Notes: generated from the letters alone by a model not told the origin. 64,000 nt of DNA from Candidatus Bathyarchaeota archaeon (GCA_963811105.1 CAWEPZ010000009.1:1-64000); one strand, 5' to 3'. Shown: positions 30,020 to 40,417, numbered from the stretch's first letter. A program made the numbers and translations.

Positions 30020-30583
30020 TCAGCTAAAAGCTAAAGTGCCTTCCAAAATATTCTGTTCAGAAACATCAAGCTGCTTAGATAGCGAAGCCTTAAGAAATGC
30101 TGAAAACTTCGGAAGAGCACCATTATAAGTTATGATTTGGTTACCCTTCAGTGCGTCAACATGGAAGACTTTCCCGTCTTCTTTATAGCTGAACGAAATA
30201 GTTTGCGCATGAAAAGCTAAAGTTTGAAAATCCTCCCACTGATTACAATTCAAAATCACAGAAGGACCACCTTGACCAACTGTTATTTTTGAAGGTGCTG
30301 ATTGATCTTGAGGTGCTTGGTCCCATATCAAAGTTGGTACTACTTCTTTTTGTGCATTTGATAAGACACTAATTAGGTTTGTTACTTCTTTTTGCAGATT
30401 GTTTATTTTTCCTTCAATTTTTTCCATTTTATCGTTTAATGCTCCGGTATCACTAAACTGTTCGGTAACTGTTGCTAAATCGTTAATTAATTTGTCTAAG
30501 TCTCTTTCATGCTCTTTAAGCACATTTACAATAAAATCTAGTGCCTCTAAGGCATCATCTCTTGTTTGCAGATTCTTCGCCAT
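30020..30583 (-). CDS. Hypothetical protein with N-terminal coiled coil
   Basis: 187 aa; DALEALDFIVNVLKEHERDLDKLI heptads; GAGGGGG SD. Confidence 0.75.
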   Translation of the reverse strand: MAKNLQTRDDALEALDFIVNVLKEHERDLDKLINDLATVTEQFSDTGALNDKMEKIEGKINNLQKEVTNLISVLSNAQKEVVPTLIWDQAPQDQSAPSKITVGQGGPSVILNCNQWEDFQTLAFHAQTISFSYKEDGKVFHVDALKGNQIITYNGALPKFSAFLKASLSKQLDVSEQNILEGTLAFS

Positions 30584-31006
30584 ATTTATGCCCCCTCAAT
30601 ATCTGACACATCAATACATGCAATAAATAAAGTTAACGAATCTCTAGATAGTATCTTTGTAATAGCATAATAATACTTATTATGAGTTTACAAGTTAAAA
30701 CTATGACGCTTTAGGCATCATTTTGCGCCGTTTTTCTTCGCTCTTCGCGTCTAAGGGGCAATTTGAGTTTTTGTGTTAGCGAAGGCATAGAATATTAACC
30801 CGATGTCGTCAATGTGGCCTTACATCAAATGCTATTGCATATACAGACAATTATCAGACCATTTATTGCAAAAGGCAAGCCGCATTTTTCATGAAATTGC
30901 TCAATGATATGACACTTGACATTCTTTACTGACAACAATCAACAAAAGAACTTTTAAAGATCATTTATCTATCTATAGACATGATTTTAAGTATCAATTT
31001 AATAGA

Positions 31007-31294
31007 CTAATTAGGAACCCATATGCACTTTATCGCTTTATAATCGCAAGTTACCTGGCATGGAGTATTATTGGTCTCAGGCTTGCAAGAAGAGCAAGTG
31101 TACTTTATCTTTTTCCTGTGCTCCTCTCTAACCGAAGCAACAATTTTGTCGTTAAGGTCAACAAATACGGTTTCTATCTGAAGCGCTGATTCTGGACACT
31201 GTTTAACGCATTTGCCACATCCGTCACATTTCTCAGTGTCAATCGTTATGTAATACTCGCCTGAACCATCACTGTAGCCATAATAAGTTATAAT
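31007..31294 (-). CDS. 4Fe-4S ferredoxin (BzdM-like), apparent non-canonical ATT start (not in ORF track)
   Basis: IITYYGYSDGSGEYYITIDTEKCDGCGKCVKQCP...YTCSSCKP...PCQVTCDYKAI; no in-frame ATG/GTG/TTG between the upstream TGA and the Cys motifs. Confidence 0.85.
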   Translation of the reverse strand: MITYYGYSDGSGEYYITIDTEKCDGCGKCVKQCPESALQIETVFVDLNDKIVASVREEHRKKIKYTCSSCKPETNNTPCQVTCDYKAIKCIWVPN

Positions 31295-31314
31295 AGACTT
31301 CGAGCACTCCTTCG

Positions 31315-32220
31315 CTAAGTTTTGTGCTCTTTTTCATATAGAGCTTTCGCAAACAACGCTGCTCCAAATGCGCCAGCCGCCATTGGGTCTAAGCCTCTTT
31401 CCTTCCACTTTGGCATTGGTAAACACTTAACGCCTAGAATAACTTCTATCCTGCTGGCAATGCCTATGTTTTTTGATTGTCCTCCAGTAATAACGAGTTC
31501 TTTTTGCAATCCAACCCTGTTAATCAAATTGGCCATTCGAACTGCCATTGCTCGCGTATATGCAGCCAAAACCTTCTCTTTTGACCAACCCTTACGCAAA
31601 AGCCCCATCGCTTCAGTCTTCGCAAACGCCACACATGTGCAGCTTACTGGCTCAGGCTCCTCATCAACCTTTAACGATATTACACCGATATCTTCAATAG
31701 GAATTTTTAGCAAATCGGCAAAAACTTCCATGCCTCTGCCGGTTCCTGCTGCGCATTTGTCATTCATTAGAAAAGAGACAACTCGTCCTGTTTCATCGAT
31801 GCTGATTGCTTTTATGTCTTGTCCGCCGACGTCAAGCACCGTGCGGACGCTTGGTCCCCAAATGTAATTGGCGCCTTTTGCATGGCAGGCTATTTCTGTT
31901 ATGGCTTTATTTGCCATTGGAACGTTAACACGTCCATAACCTGTGCCAACAGTGTATTTCAAGTCATTTACTTTAAGTCCAGTTCCTTCAAGAGCCCAAT
32001 CTAAAGCTTTTGTAGCGCTCTCAGGACTGTTGGACCCTGTTCTTGTTACTACCCAAGAATAGACTTCTCCATTGATCATTATGGCAGCCTTAGATCCAAC
32101 AGATCCAACATCAACGCCTGCCGTAATTATATCCTTGTTAGTCCATTTCATCCCTGGAACAATTCTATGGTATTCCTGCCACCGCCAATATTCAATGCAA
32201 AGGGTGCTTGGTTCCTTCAT
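31315..32220 (-). CDS. ASKHA ATPase activator, benzoyl-CoA reductase BzdQ/BcrA-like
   Basis: EYWRWQE, GVDVGSVGSK, GTGYGRVNVP, ITEIACHAKGA, DVGGQDIK, MNDKCAAGTGRGME, CVAFA. Confidence 0.9.
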   Translation of the reverse strand: MKEPSTLCIEYWRWQEYHRIVPGMKWTNKDIITAGVDVGSVGSKAAIMINGEVYSWVVTRTGSNSPESATKALDWALEGTGLKVNDLKYTVGTGYGRVNVPMANKAITEIACHAKGANYIWGPSVRTVLDVGGQDIKAISIDETGRVVSFLMNDKCAAGTGRGMEVFADLLKIPIEDIGVISLKVDEEPEPVSCTCVAFAKTEAMGLLRKGWSKEKVLAAYTRAMAVRMANLINRVGLQKELVITGGQSKNIGIASRIEVILGVKCLPMPKWKERGLDPMAAGAFGAALFAKALYEKEHKT

Positions 32221-33002
32221 TTTTGAACCCCTTTTGCTCTGTTAGATCCAATGATTGCTGCACCTAAAGCACCCGCAAACTCGGGGTACTCAGGTATCAA
32301 TACGGTGACATTCAACTTTCTGTTCAATGATGCAACAAAACCCACATCTTTAGCAACACCGCCCATTAGCACTACATCAGGGTTAACTCCTAACCTATGT
32401 ACCATTGAAGAAATTCGGTCAGCCATAGCATCGAAAACTGCTCGTGCAATTTCAGCTTTAGACTCCTGCCTGTGAATTAATGAAACAACGTCGGATTCAC
32501 CGAAAATCACGCATGAAGCGTTTATGGGACTTGCCCTTTCCGCCTCAAGAGACAGAGGCCCCATCTCTTCCAAGTTAACCTCTAAGGCCCTTGCCATAGC
32601 TTCGATAAATGTTCCTGCTCCAGCAGCACATCGTTCGTTGACAACAAAGTCAACCATAATTCCTTTTTCGTCACATTTAACCGCGCGTGCTTCTTCAGCG
32701 CCCACATCAATTATGGTTCTGGCGCTTCTAAAAAAGTAAATTGCTGCCTTAGCATCCGCCCCCATCATGCTTACTGTGCTGTTGGCGTACGGTGCCATTT
32801 CCATAGCCGTACCCGTTGCGACAAAATAGTCGACATCACTTAGCTTTATGTTTGCTCCTTGTAGGACTGCGTCCACTGCTTGTTTAGCTGCTTCAGTCGG
32901 GTCAAACCCTGAGAAAACCTGAGCTCTTGATAAAACATCGTTGTCTTTTAGAATTACAGCTTTTATTCTTTGAGTCCCCAAATCCATTCCAACAGTAATC
33001 AT
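32217..33002 (-). CDS. ASKHA ATPase activator, benzoyl-CoA reductase BzdP/BcrD-like
   Basis: GMDLGT, DVGAEEARA, NERCAAGAGTFIEAMARAL, CVIFGESDVVSLIH. Confidence 0.9.
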   Translation of the reverse strand: MITVGMDLGTQRIKAVILKDNDVLSRAQVFSGFDPTEAAKQAVDAVLQGANIKLSDVDYFVATGTAMEMAPYANSTVSMMGADAKAAIYFFRSARTIIDVGAEEARAVKCDEKGIMVDFVVNERCAAGAGTFIEAMARALEVNLEEMGPLSLEAERASPINASCVIFGESDVVSLIHRQESKAEIARAVFDAMADRISSMVHRLGVNPDVVLMGGVAKDVGFVASLNRKLNVTVLIPEYPEFAGALGAAIIGSNRAKGVQK

Positions 33003-33014
33003 GGACTCACCCTT

Positions 33015-34358
33015 TTAAATTTCGATTCTTGAAGTTAGCATTTCAAGGAACGCTTCAACGCGAGTTTTCATTTGACCAACATCTTCTCTAGTGTACTCGG
33101 TATCAAGATAGTAGACAGGGACATTGATTTTGTCAAGGGCTTTCTTGATGCTGGTGTATTCCATTGCGTAGAGCATGCAGCCACGGACAACATAGTAAAT
33201 GACGCCTTGAACATTCCATTCTTTAACCTTGTTTAATAGCCAGTTAATCCTGTCTTCATTGCCATCCTTGGAAGTAAAGCAAGGGCAGGTGGAAGCCATC
33301 AAATACCGGTCTCCAATAGCCCTAAGCATATCATCCATTGACCATTCATCAACTCCGACGGGATCATTTAGTATTCTTTCGCCTGAACACAATTCATCTG
33401 CAACAATAATGCCCTTTGGGTTAGCTTCTTCAACTAGATTGGGTAGCTTCCAGTTATCAGGCCAAAACATTGGTGTTCCTGTGATTAATACACGAGGCGT
33501 ATCTGGTGGACAAACCCATTCTTTGCGTTCTACTCGCTTATCGAGCTCACTGCATAAAGCTTCCGTTTTCTCAGTCCACCTCTTCTTATCATCCCACAAA
33601 TATGCTTGATTGACAAGCATAGCATCTCTACCCATAATCACCGGTGGCCCCTTACGCAAATCTTGCAGGCGGCGGAATGCTTTTGTTGCCCTTTGAGTTT
33701 GCTCAATAGCAGCTTTCAGATTATTACGAGTAATCTTGTGGCCAGTAAACTGTTCAATCTGTACTTTCATGTTCTTTATTTCATCGTTCCAGAAGCGAAG
33801 TGAATGCGTGGAATCTTTAACTCTTGGCGTATTCATGTTCCAAACAGTCTTGTAATCACTCAATATTTCGCTTAGTTTGGTCATCCCATCGCATGTTAGA
33901 ACGCTAATCAAAGCATCGCTTTGTTCAAGAAAAGGTGAGAGTTCAATCATTTTTGCACCAATGGTCGAACGAATAACTGGACAAACCTCCACTGGGACCA
34001 CTCTGTCTCCCAGTTTTGAAGTATCATACCAGCCAGAACTTACTCTTACCGGTATAGCATCAGCTGCTAAAATTAACTCTGTAGGTGCGAACAAGCACAT
34101 GTAACCAATAACTTTCTTTCCTTTTTCCTTCTCAGCCTGAATTTCTTGTTGGCGACTACCAAACAAGTTTGCCATCTTATCGAAATACTCCATTGCTTTG
34201 GGCCTGTTGGGGTCAGCTTTCTTCATGCGTTCGATGTTCTCAGCAATTACTTTCTGAGAGGCGGTTTTGATAGTGTTCCTAAGCTCTTCCATTTCTTTCT
34301 TGGGCATTTCGCTTGTATACTTTTTTTCTACTTTTTCGTTCTTCATTCTTACCTTCAC
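33015..34358 (-). CDS. Single-chain 2-hydroxyacyl-CoA dehydratase-family protein, double-cubane cluster protein (DCCP)-like
   Basis: GYMCLFAPTELI, CPVIRS, TCDG, PRVLITG, ELCSGER, CPCF, GCMLYAME, GQMKTRVEAFLEM. Confidence 0.85.
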   Translation of the reverse strand: MKVRMKNEKVEKKYTSEMPKKEMEELRNTIKTASQKVIAENIERMKKADPNRPKAMEYFDKMANLFGSRQQEIQAEKEKGKKVIGYMCLFAPTELILAADAIPVRVSSGWYDTSKLGDRVVPVEVCPVIRSTIGAKMIELSPFLEQSDALISVLTCDGMTKLSEILSDYKTVWNMNTPRVKDSTHSLRFWNDEIKNMKVQIEQFTGHKITRNNLKAAIEQTQRATKAFRRLQDLRKGPPVIMGRDAMLVNQAYLWDDKKRWTEKTEALCSELDKRVERKEWVCPPDTPRVLITGTPMFWPDNWKLPNLVEEANPKGIIVADELCSGERILNDPVGVDEWSMDDMLRAIGDRYLMASTCPCFTSKDGNEDRINWLLNKVKEWNVQGVIYYVVRGCMLYAMEYTSIKKALDKINVPVYYLDTEYTREDVGQMKTRVEAFLEMLTSRIEI

Positions 34359-35350
34359 TCACTTGATGACGGTTCTAACCAGTTTCTTGATTTGAACAAA
34401 GTTTTATTTGCAAACTTAACCTTCAAAGTGTCTTCATAAGGGCACATTTCAGCACAACGGGCGCAAACCACGCACATTGAAGTGTTTATTTTTCCTCCTT
34501 TTTGCTCGTAGACCTCTGTAACTTGTAATGGGCAAACTCTACTGCACACGCCGCATTTAGTGCATTTTTCTTCATCTTTTTCAATATAAAACAGCGGTGC
34601 CCACTTAAAACCATTAAATCTGTTCACGATCGCTAATGAGATGCCAGTGGGGCAGAAGCGGCACCAAAATCGCCTTGTAAAGAATGAGCCTGCCAATGTC
34701 AAACCGATAAACATAAGAGCTATTATTTGACCAAGGTTTTGACCAAAGTAAGCGATTATATCTTGGACGTATTGGTAGGTGAAATTAATTTGGAACAATG
34801 CTATAGCACCCCCCGTCCATGGTACAATATTTGGAATCAATGGGTCAATTAGAACGCTGTATGGTCGGAAAGGACCACCCAAAACTTTTGCCAAAATTAT
34901 GGCGGTGTTGAAATCTGTGGGTGGCTGAATTAACCATAAATAGATTGGAATAAGCAAGAAAAAAAGAGCAATTGCATACCTTGATTTGTGGAGACTCTTG
35001 TTGAGCTTTTCAGGTAGGCTTCTATGACGTATTTTGAATGCTTTCCTTAGAAGCGTAACCACATCCAAGAGAAAAGCGAATGGACAAACCCAACCGCAAT
35101 ACATTCGACCTAAAACAAGAGTTACTGCAAGAATAATTATCAATACATAGAGAAGTGGGACTGTAAAGGTAAAAAAATAAAATAGTGCTGCAAATGATAC
35201 CGCCTGAATTACTAGCCTTACGTAAGTAACTCTTGCAGTCAAGTTCTTCTTCCATATTAGAATGGCAGCTATCCCTGCTACCCCTAGGCCCACAAGCACT
35301 ATAGTTTTAAGTATGTTGCCGATTAGTTCCCAGTCCATTCTTTTCGCCAA
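34355..35350 (-). CDS. NapH/MauN-like membrane 4Fe-4S protein
   Basis: GRMYCGWVCP, RFWCRFCPTG, CTKCGVCSRVCP, CVVCARCAEMCP; several TMs. Confidence 0.88.
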   Translation of the reverse strand: MAKRMDWELIGNILKTIVLVGLGVAGIAAILIWKKNLTARVTYVRLVIQAVSFAALFYFFTFTVPLLYVLIIILAVTLVLGRMYCGWVCPFAFLLDVVTLLRKAFKIRHRSLPEKLNKSLHKSRYAIALFFLLIPIYLWLIQPPTDFNTAIILAKVLGGPFRPYSVLIDPLIPNIVPWTGGAIALFQINFTYQYVQDIIAYFGQNLGQIIALMFIGLTLAGSFFTRRFWCRFCPTGISLAIVNRFNGFKWAPLFYIEKDEEKCTKCGVCSRVCPLQVTEVYEQKGGKINTSMCVVCARCAEMCPYEDTLKVKFANKTLFKSRNWLEPSSSE

Positions 35351-35365
35351 TGTTCAACTTTTGAA

Positions 35366-37591
35366 TTACTGAATTATTCTCGTGTTGTAGTCTCTAAGGT
35401 ATGCTAAGTGTGCCGCATCGTACGGGTAAGTTTCTGTCGCAGGATATGGGAAGCCGCTCATATCCATGAAAGGCAAGGGATTCACTGTGAAAGTAAATCC
35501 GTAGCCCCATTGTCCTGGTGGATCCTTAAACCAGCATGCGACAATAAGGAAGTAGTCTCTCACCATGCCAGGTGCTGGTGCTGAGAGATTAGTTGTTGGG
35601 AATAGAAGTTCTACCTGGTCGCCTTGGCGTCCAATCGCAAACATGTCATCTGCATTTTGAATGAGCGGTGTTACGTCACCGTATCTTGTGAAGTTGCCTG
35701 TAGAGTTAGTTGCGAAATCCCACCATGGGCTAAGGGTTGCAGTGGGGCTAATTTTTTGAACTTTTATGGTTTGTTGAGTCGTTGTGTCAATTCCGATATA
35801 GTCGTATGTTACGTTCCAGGAGTTGGTGATTCTTATTTGAAAGTCTGTAATGCCCTTGGGAAATAGTCCTGTTAAGTCAACAACAAAAGTTCTAGGGTTA
35901 GAGTCTGAAGGTACTGGTATTTGTCTATCCGCGGGGGCTCGTACCCAACTACCGTCTAAAGTTTTGATTTCCATATAAGTTGGCGGAGTAACCTGAGTGC
36001 CATTTGGTAAAAGTCCTTGGGCAACTGCTGTTCGGAGCGTGTCTATCCAGTTGTAATACGCCTCATATGATCCCCAATCAACTATTCCAGTCATTACTAG
36101 CTTAATTTGCTGTGCAGAAGATAGATCTCCTAAATCAAGCGTCAATTGATTTATTGTTGGGTTGTTATAAGATGGACTGAGATTCACGTTATTTCCAGGA
36201 GTATAAACGCCGTCTGACTGTAAGATTTTGGAGAGAACATTTTGGCCTTTTTCGTTGGTCGCTGAAACTGGCGATAACGTATTGGTTTTGTTTACTGTAT
36301 AAATTTGTTCATTTAGGCCCTTGTAAAGATAATTGGTCATGGTTGTATAGGCATCGGTGCCTGCTGGGTGGTCTACTACAATCATGTACGCTGCATCTAA
36401 GTAGAAGAGTTCATCCCATTTTTGAGAAAGAGTCATGTCATAGTAGCTATCGCCATTAATTGTCTTAGTTGCTATTACATTGCTATCAAGCTTAACGTAA
36501 TCCCACGGGTTTCCTCCATTGAACACGACTTCGCCATTTGAATTTATATAGCCCGTATATCCTAGCCAGCCAGAGTTTGAAACATCAGTGACATACGAGT
36601 TCCCTGTTCCATTCCATACGTAAAGTGATGGGCAAGAGGCATAACCACTGATTGTTACATAGGATGCAACAAGTATTCTGTAATTGTCTAGGGTAAACGT
36701 CTTTGAAGGGCTCTCTGTACCATCATTCCAATGTGTAAACTGAACCACTCCAGTTCCAACATCATAAGGACTGGGCACGGTTACTGTATACTCTCCAACA
36801 GGTACCAACTCTCTATACGGAGTCCCATATGAATGTCCATTTAGGGTAAACGGTAAGGGTTTGCCGACACCACCATTCCTAGTAATAAATAACGTATGAT
36901 ACCCAGTTTTTACAACTTCAAATGATCCTGTAAGAGTGTTTATTTTGACGTTATGGTAACCTTCTGACGTTGCATTAACAGTAAATACAATTTCCTCACT
37001 TGCTTGAGCATCTAGCTGGATAAATTGCGTTTGCACTATCGTGTTATCAACGGTTAATTTAATCGTAATCTTATCGCTTTCCGGCGAGGAATTTTTTGCA
37101 GTGGCAGTTATGTTAACAGGTTGGTCGACCCAAACCTCAAATGGTTCAGATACTAAATTTGACAATATAATTTTGCTTGATTCAGGAGGGGCTGGTTTAA
37201 TTGTAAAGTTTCCAACCAAATTGTCAACTGAAACGTTATAGTTGCCTTCCGCAGTTTCGATGTCAGTGAACTGAACAGTCTGTGATGAGTTGCCGGCAAG
37301 TGTTATGTTTTCTGCATCTCTGATTATGTCATTAATTCTAAAGTTTACCGTTTTATTGCCTTCTAAATCGCCGGTATTAGTGACATTAACCGATATTAGC
37401 ACTGCCTCGCCTGGATACACCTCAAGAGGATCAATGATTAGGTCTTTTAGAGCAAATTTAGCTGGCCTTGAAGCACCCACTATCATACCTTGGCTCGTAA
37501 GAAAAATAAAAGCTCCTGCAGCAGCACCGACAATGATAACATCGATTAAGAGAATTGCCTTCAGTTTAACCATCGCTGAACGCGACAACAT
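35366..37591 (-). CDS. Membrane-anchored surface protein with two CARDB-like Ig domains and a C-terminal domain seen in ASPIC/UnbV-type proteins
   Basis: N-terminal TM; ISVNVTNTGDLEG; SCPSLYVWNG; FTRYGDVTPLI...DDMFAI...GD; PLPFMDMSGFPYP...YNTR. Confidence 0.75.
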   Translation of the reverse strand: MLSRSAMVKLKAILLIDVIIVGAAAGAFIFLTSQGMIVGASRPAKFALKDLIIDPLEVYPGEAVLISVNVTNTGDLEGNKTVNFRINDIIRDAENITLAGNSSQTVQFTDIETAEGNYNVSVDNLVGNFTIKPAPPESSKIILSNLVSEPFEVWVDQPVNITATAKNSSPESDKITIKLTVDNTIVQTQFIQLDAQASEEIVFTVNATSEGYHNVKINTLTGSFEVVKTGYHTLFITRNGGVGKPLPFTLNGHSYGTPYRELVPVGEYTVTVPSPYDVGTGVVQFTHWNDGTESPSKTFTLDNYRILVASYVTISGYASCPSLYVWNGTGNSYVTDVSNSGWLGYTGYINSNGEVVFNGGNPWDYVKLDSNVIATKTINGDSYYDMTLSQKWDELFYLDAAYMIVVDHPAGTDAYTTMTNYLYKGLNEQIYTVNKTNTLSPVSATNEKGQNVLSKILQSDGVYTPGNNVNLSPSYNNPTINQLTLDLGDLSSAQQIKLVMTGIVDWGSYEAYYNWIDTLRTAVAQGLLPNGTQVTPPTYMEIKTLDGSWVRAPADRQIPVPSDSNPRTFVVDLTGLFPKGITDFQIRITNSWNVTYDYIGIDTTTQQTIKVQKISPTATLSPWWDFATNSTGNFTRYGDVTPLIQNADDMFAIGRQGDQVELLFPTTNLSAPAPGMVRDYFLIVACWFKDPPGQWGYGFTFTVNPLPFMDMSGFPYPATETYPYDAAHLAYLRDYNTRIIQ

Positions 37592-37733
37592 CCTAATTTA
37601 TGCTCTCCTCAACAGTTAACTGCATAGACTACTATATAATTTATGCGAACTAATTTTTTTTAGAGCGATTTTTTCAGCAAAGCAGAATTTTTTCTTTTGG
37701 TTAGAACAAGATAATCGTAGCAATAATTTTCCA

Positions 37734-39107
37734 TTATGAGCATTCTGGCTCTATATGGACGGTAACAACTGCATTTGCAAAGCGCTCCTTAGTTTCTTTC
37801 TCAACCTGTGAAGCAATACTGTGAGCTTTTTTGATTTGAATGTGCTTAGTAAAACAGCAGTCAATATTGATATAGCGTTTCCCATCGGCAGCATAAGTAA
37901 CTATTCGCTTAATCCGCAGATGCTCACCTATACCTTTGCTAACTTCATTAACAACTTTTCGAAGTTGAGCCTCATCAACCTCAGAAGATGGAACCCCCCC
38001 TACACTTGAAGGCTCAACATGAACAGTGATGTTCGCTAGCGGCTTAATCTCCACATTCATTCTTCCTTCAATAGTTTCTGCAATTTTATGTGCTTCTTCA
38101 ACTGATAATTCAGGGTCAACGTAGGCGTGCAAAGTAATGTAGAATTTACCACCTGTATAAACAGTAGAGATTTCATGGACCTCTTTAACGCCATCTACTG
38201 TCGCAAGTTTCTCTATCATCTGATCCATTTTTGCGTCTTTTTCAGAAGGCTCAATATGTGTTGTGGCGTCAACGTTACCCAGAGACTGTTTGAGGTCTGC
38301 TTCAATTTTGGATGCCAAGGAATGTGCTTCTTCCAAGCTCATGTGACTTGAAACTTGAATAGTTGTTTCTATGAAGATTTTGGAGCTTACTTTGCGAACT
38401 TTGAGATTTTCTGTTTTAACAACTCCTTCGTGTGAAAGGATGACTTTTTTGGTTTTTTGCACTAGTTCTCTTGACGCGGTGTCACTAAGTTCCAATATGC
38501 TGGTTCTAACAAGTTTGGAACTCAAATAACTAAGCATGATTCCAAGGAAAATTGATGCAAGAGCGTCGCCATAGAAAAAGCCCAAGGTTGCCAAGCCAAA
38601 GCCCAATAATGCAATCAAAGTTGAACTCAAATCTGCGATAGCGTCGTAGAGGCCAGCTTTCATTGAGGCACTTTGGATATGCTGGGTTTTTCTAAAAACA
38701 GTAACTCGTAATGAAGCAACGAACAGCGCATAACCGATTGCAATGAAACCTGCAACTTCTATCCCTTGAGCAATCTGCGAATGCTGCATCAATCTTGAAG
38801 CTGCTTCATAGAAAATCAAGAATGCCACAGCGATTAAAACTATTCCACCGATAAGTCCACCTATTGTTTCAAACTTTTCGTGTCCATATGTGTGTTCTTC
38901 GTCAGGAGGCTTAATTGAAGCACGAACCGCAAGAAACAACATGACCGTTGAGACTGCATCAAGCAAAGCGTGCAAGCCATCGCTGAGTATGGCTAAACTG
39001 TTAACAAATAAACCTACAGAAACCTCAACTATTACAACACTGAAGATCGCCACCGCTGAGATCTGTAATGCCTTTAGTTTGTATTTTCCTTCTGAAGCGG
39101 ATTGCAT
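37734..39107 (-). CDS. Cation diffusion facilitator (FieF-like) with three C-terminal dimerisation domains
   Basis: SLAILSDGLH, PPDEEHTYGHEKFE; three AH..A...H(I/V)EP repeats. Confidence 0.92.
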   Translation of the reverse strand: MQSASEGKYKLKALQISAVAIFSVVIVEVSVGLFVNSLAILSDGLHALLDAVSTVMLFLAVRASIKPPDEEHTYGHEKFETIGGLIGGIVLIAVAFLIFYEAASRLMQHSQIAQGIEVAGFIAIGYALFVASLRVTVFRKTQHIQSASMKAGLYDAIADLSSTLIALLGFGLATLGFFYGDALASIFLGIMLSYLSSKLVRTSILELSDTASRELVQKTKKVILSHEGVVKTENLKVRKVSSKIFIETTIQVSSHMSLEEAHSLASKIEADLKQSLGNVDATTHIEPSEKDAKMDQMIEKLATVDGVKEVHEISTVYTGGKFYITLHAYVDPELSVEEAHKIAETIEGRMNVEIKPLANITVHVEPSSVGGVPSSEVDEAQLRKVVNEVSKGIGEHLRIKRIVTYAADGKRYINIDCCFTKHIQIKKAHSIASQVEKETKERFANAVVTVHIEPECS

Positions 39108-39393
39108 TGGATTTAATCTAAATATGCTCGTTTTAAGGGCGATTTAAGAATTGTGGGTTAAACTTAATTCTTTGTCATACTTTTATAAGAAAGCATGGTT
39201 CCTGGCTTTCAATTGAAATAGCTATAAAATTTAGGGGTACGGTTACTTGCTGCGTGTTTTCAAATTTTAGTCGGTTTCCTTAAACATTTTTGGCTCCTTA
39301 ACTTCCATTTATATTATTAGCGGTTGCTCCGCTACCGTTTTCCATATTTGTTTTTCTAAAAGTGCATGAACCGAGCGTTGAGAAATATAGTAT

Positions 39394-40248
39394 TTAATCA
39401 ATCGGTTCTTCAAGGATTACCGATAAAGTCCTTGCCCTTTTAGGTGGATATATGGTGGCTGCTTTGGAGTTATTCCAGGATCTGTCAAAGCTCTTTTGGA
39501 AGAACATTACCATTTTTTTGTCGTTTGTCCATAAAATGCATGGAAGTTCTGTCTCAGTTTTCTTTTGCAAGGTTATCCAAAGTTCATTTTGGTCAATAAC
39601 ATAGTAAGATAAAAGTTCATTTGTGTTGGCTATTTTTACTTCGAAATTGCGGTTTTTTGGGATGATGGGTGTAATAACTTTCATAACTTCATTTTTACTA
39701 GAGTTTTCTACGATCATGCGAGTTTTTACTTTTTTCGTTAGTTGCTCTAAATGACTACGTAAATTCTTTGTGATGGCTGTAATTAATTCAAGATTGACAA
39801 TTAAATCATATGAAAGATTAGCGCCTTCAAAAGTCATAGCCGCTCTGTTCTTTACTTGTTCATCGGTTATCAGAGGAATGAATAAATCTTCACAACGCGT
39901 TTTCTCTTTTGGCTGATGGTTCTCGATTTCTTCCGTTAGCTCTCTCAAGTTGTTTTCCAAATGAGAAATTTTTTTACATGTCTTTTCTTTTTCAGTTGCA
40001 ACCAAACGGCCTAATGCTTTTTGTATAGGGATCGCTCCGACCAAAGCTGGTTTGTCTATTGTTCTTGTGATTAAGCCTTTTTTTTCGAGCGTTGGAATTA
40101 TTTTGTAGATGTCTTGGCGATGTAGTTGACTGATTTTAGAAATTTCGCCGACTGTAATTGACCCATTCTGGACTACGCTCAGATATACTTTTGCCTGATT
40201 AATTGTAAAGCCAAACTCTGCTAATTTGGAAACCAAGTCTTCCTGCAT
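39394..40248 (-). CDS. TrmB-family transcriptional regulator
   Basis: LAEFGFTINQAKVYL...EISKISQLHRQDIYKII.TLEKKGLI wHTH plus PLD-like effector domain (YYVIDQNE...FDRSWNNS); ATG 40248 preferred over the track start 40344. Confidence 0.88.
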   Translation of the reverse strand: MQEDLVSKLAEFGFTINQAKVYLSVVQNGSITVGEISKISQLHRQDIYKIIPTLEKKGLITRTIDKPALVGAIPIQKALGRLVATEKEKTCKKISHLENNLRELTEEIENHQPKEKTRCEDLFIPLITDEQVKNRAAMTFEGANLSYDLIVNLELITAITKNLRSHLEQLTKKVKTRMIVENSSKNEVMKVITPIIPKNRNFEVKIANTNELLSYYVIDQNELWITLQKKTETELPCILWTNDKKMVMFFQKSFDRSWNNSKAATIYPPKRARTLSVILEEPID

Positions 40249-40380
40249 ATGCCCTACCAGCGTCTGATCTTTCCTCTCATGTTGAAATGCTTTAACCCTG
40301 CTACAAGAATTGCGCTTTTGGTAATAATACTTTCGATAGTCCACTTGATTTCAAGGTCAAAATGAACATTTATGGCACCT

Positions 40381-40417
40381 TGTCACAAGTGGCTACTTTC
40401 CACTCACAATTATAAGC
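40381..40417 (+). promoter_or_regulatory. Conserved operator plus TATA box of paralogue 1
   Basis: TGTCACAAGTGGCTACTTTCCAC-N6-TTATAAGC. Confidence 0.8.
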
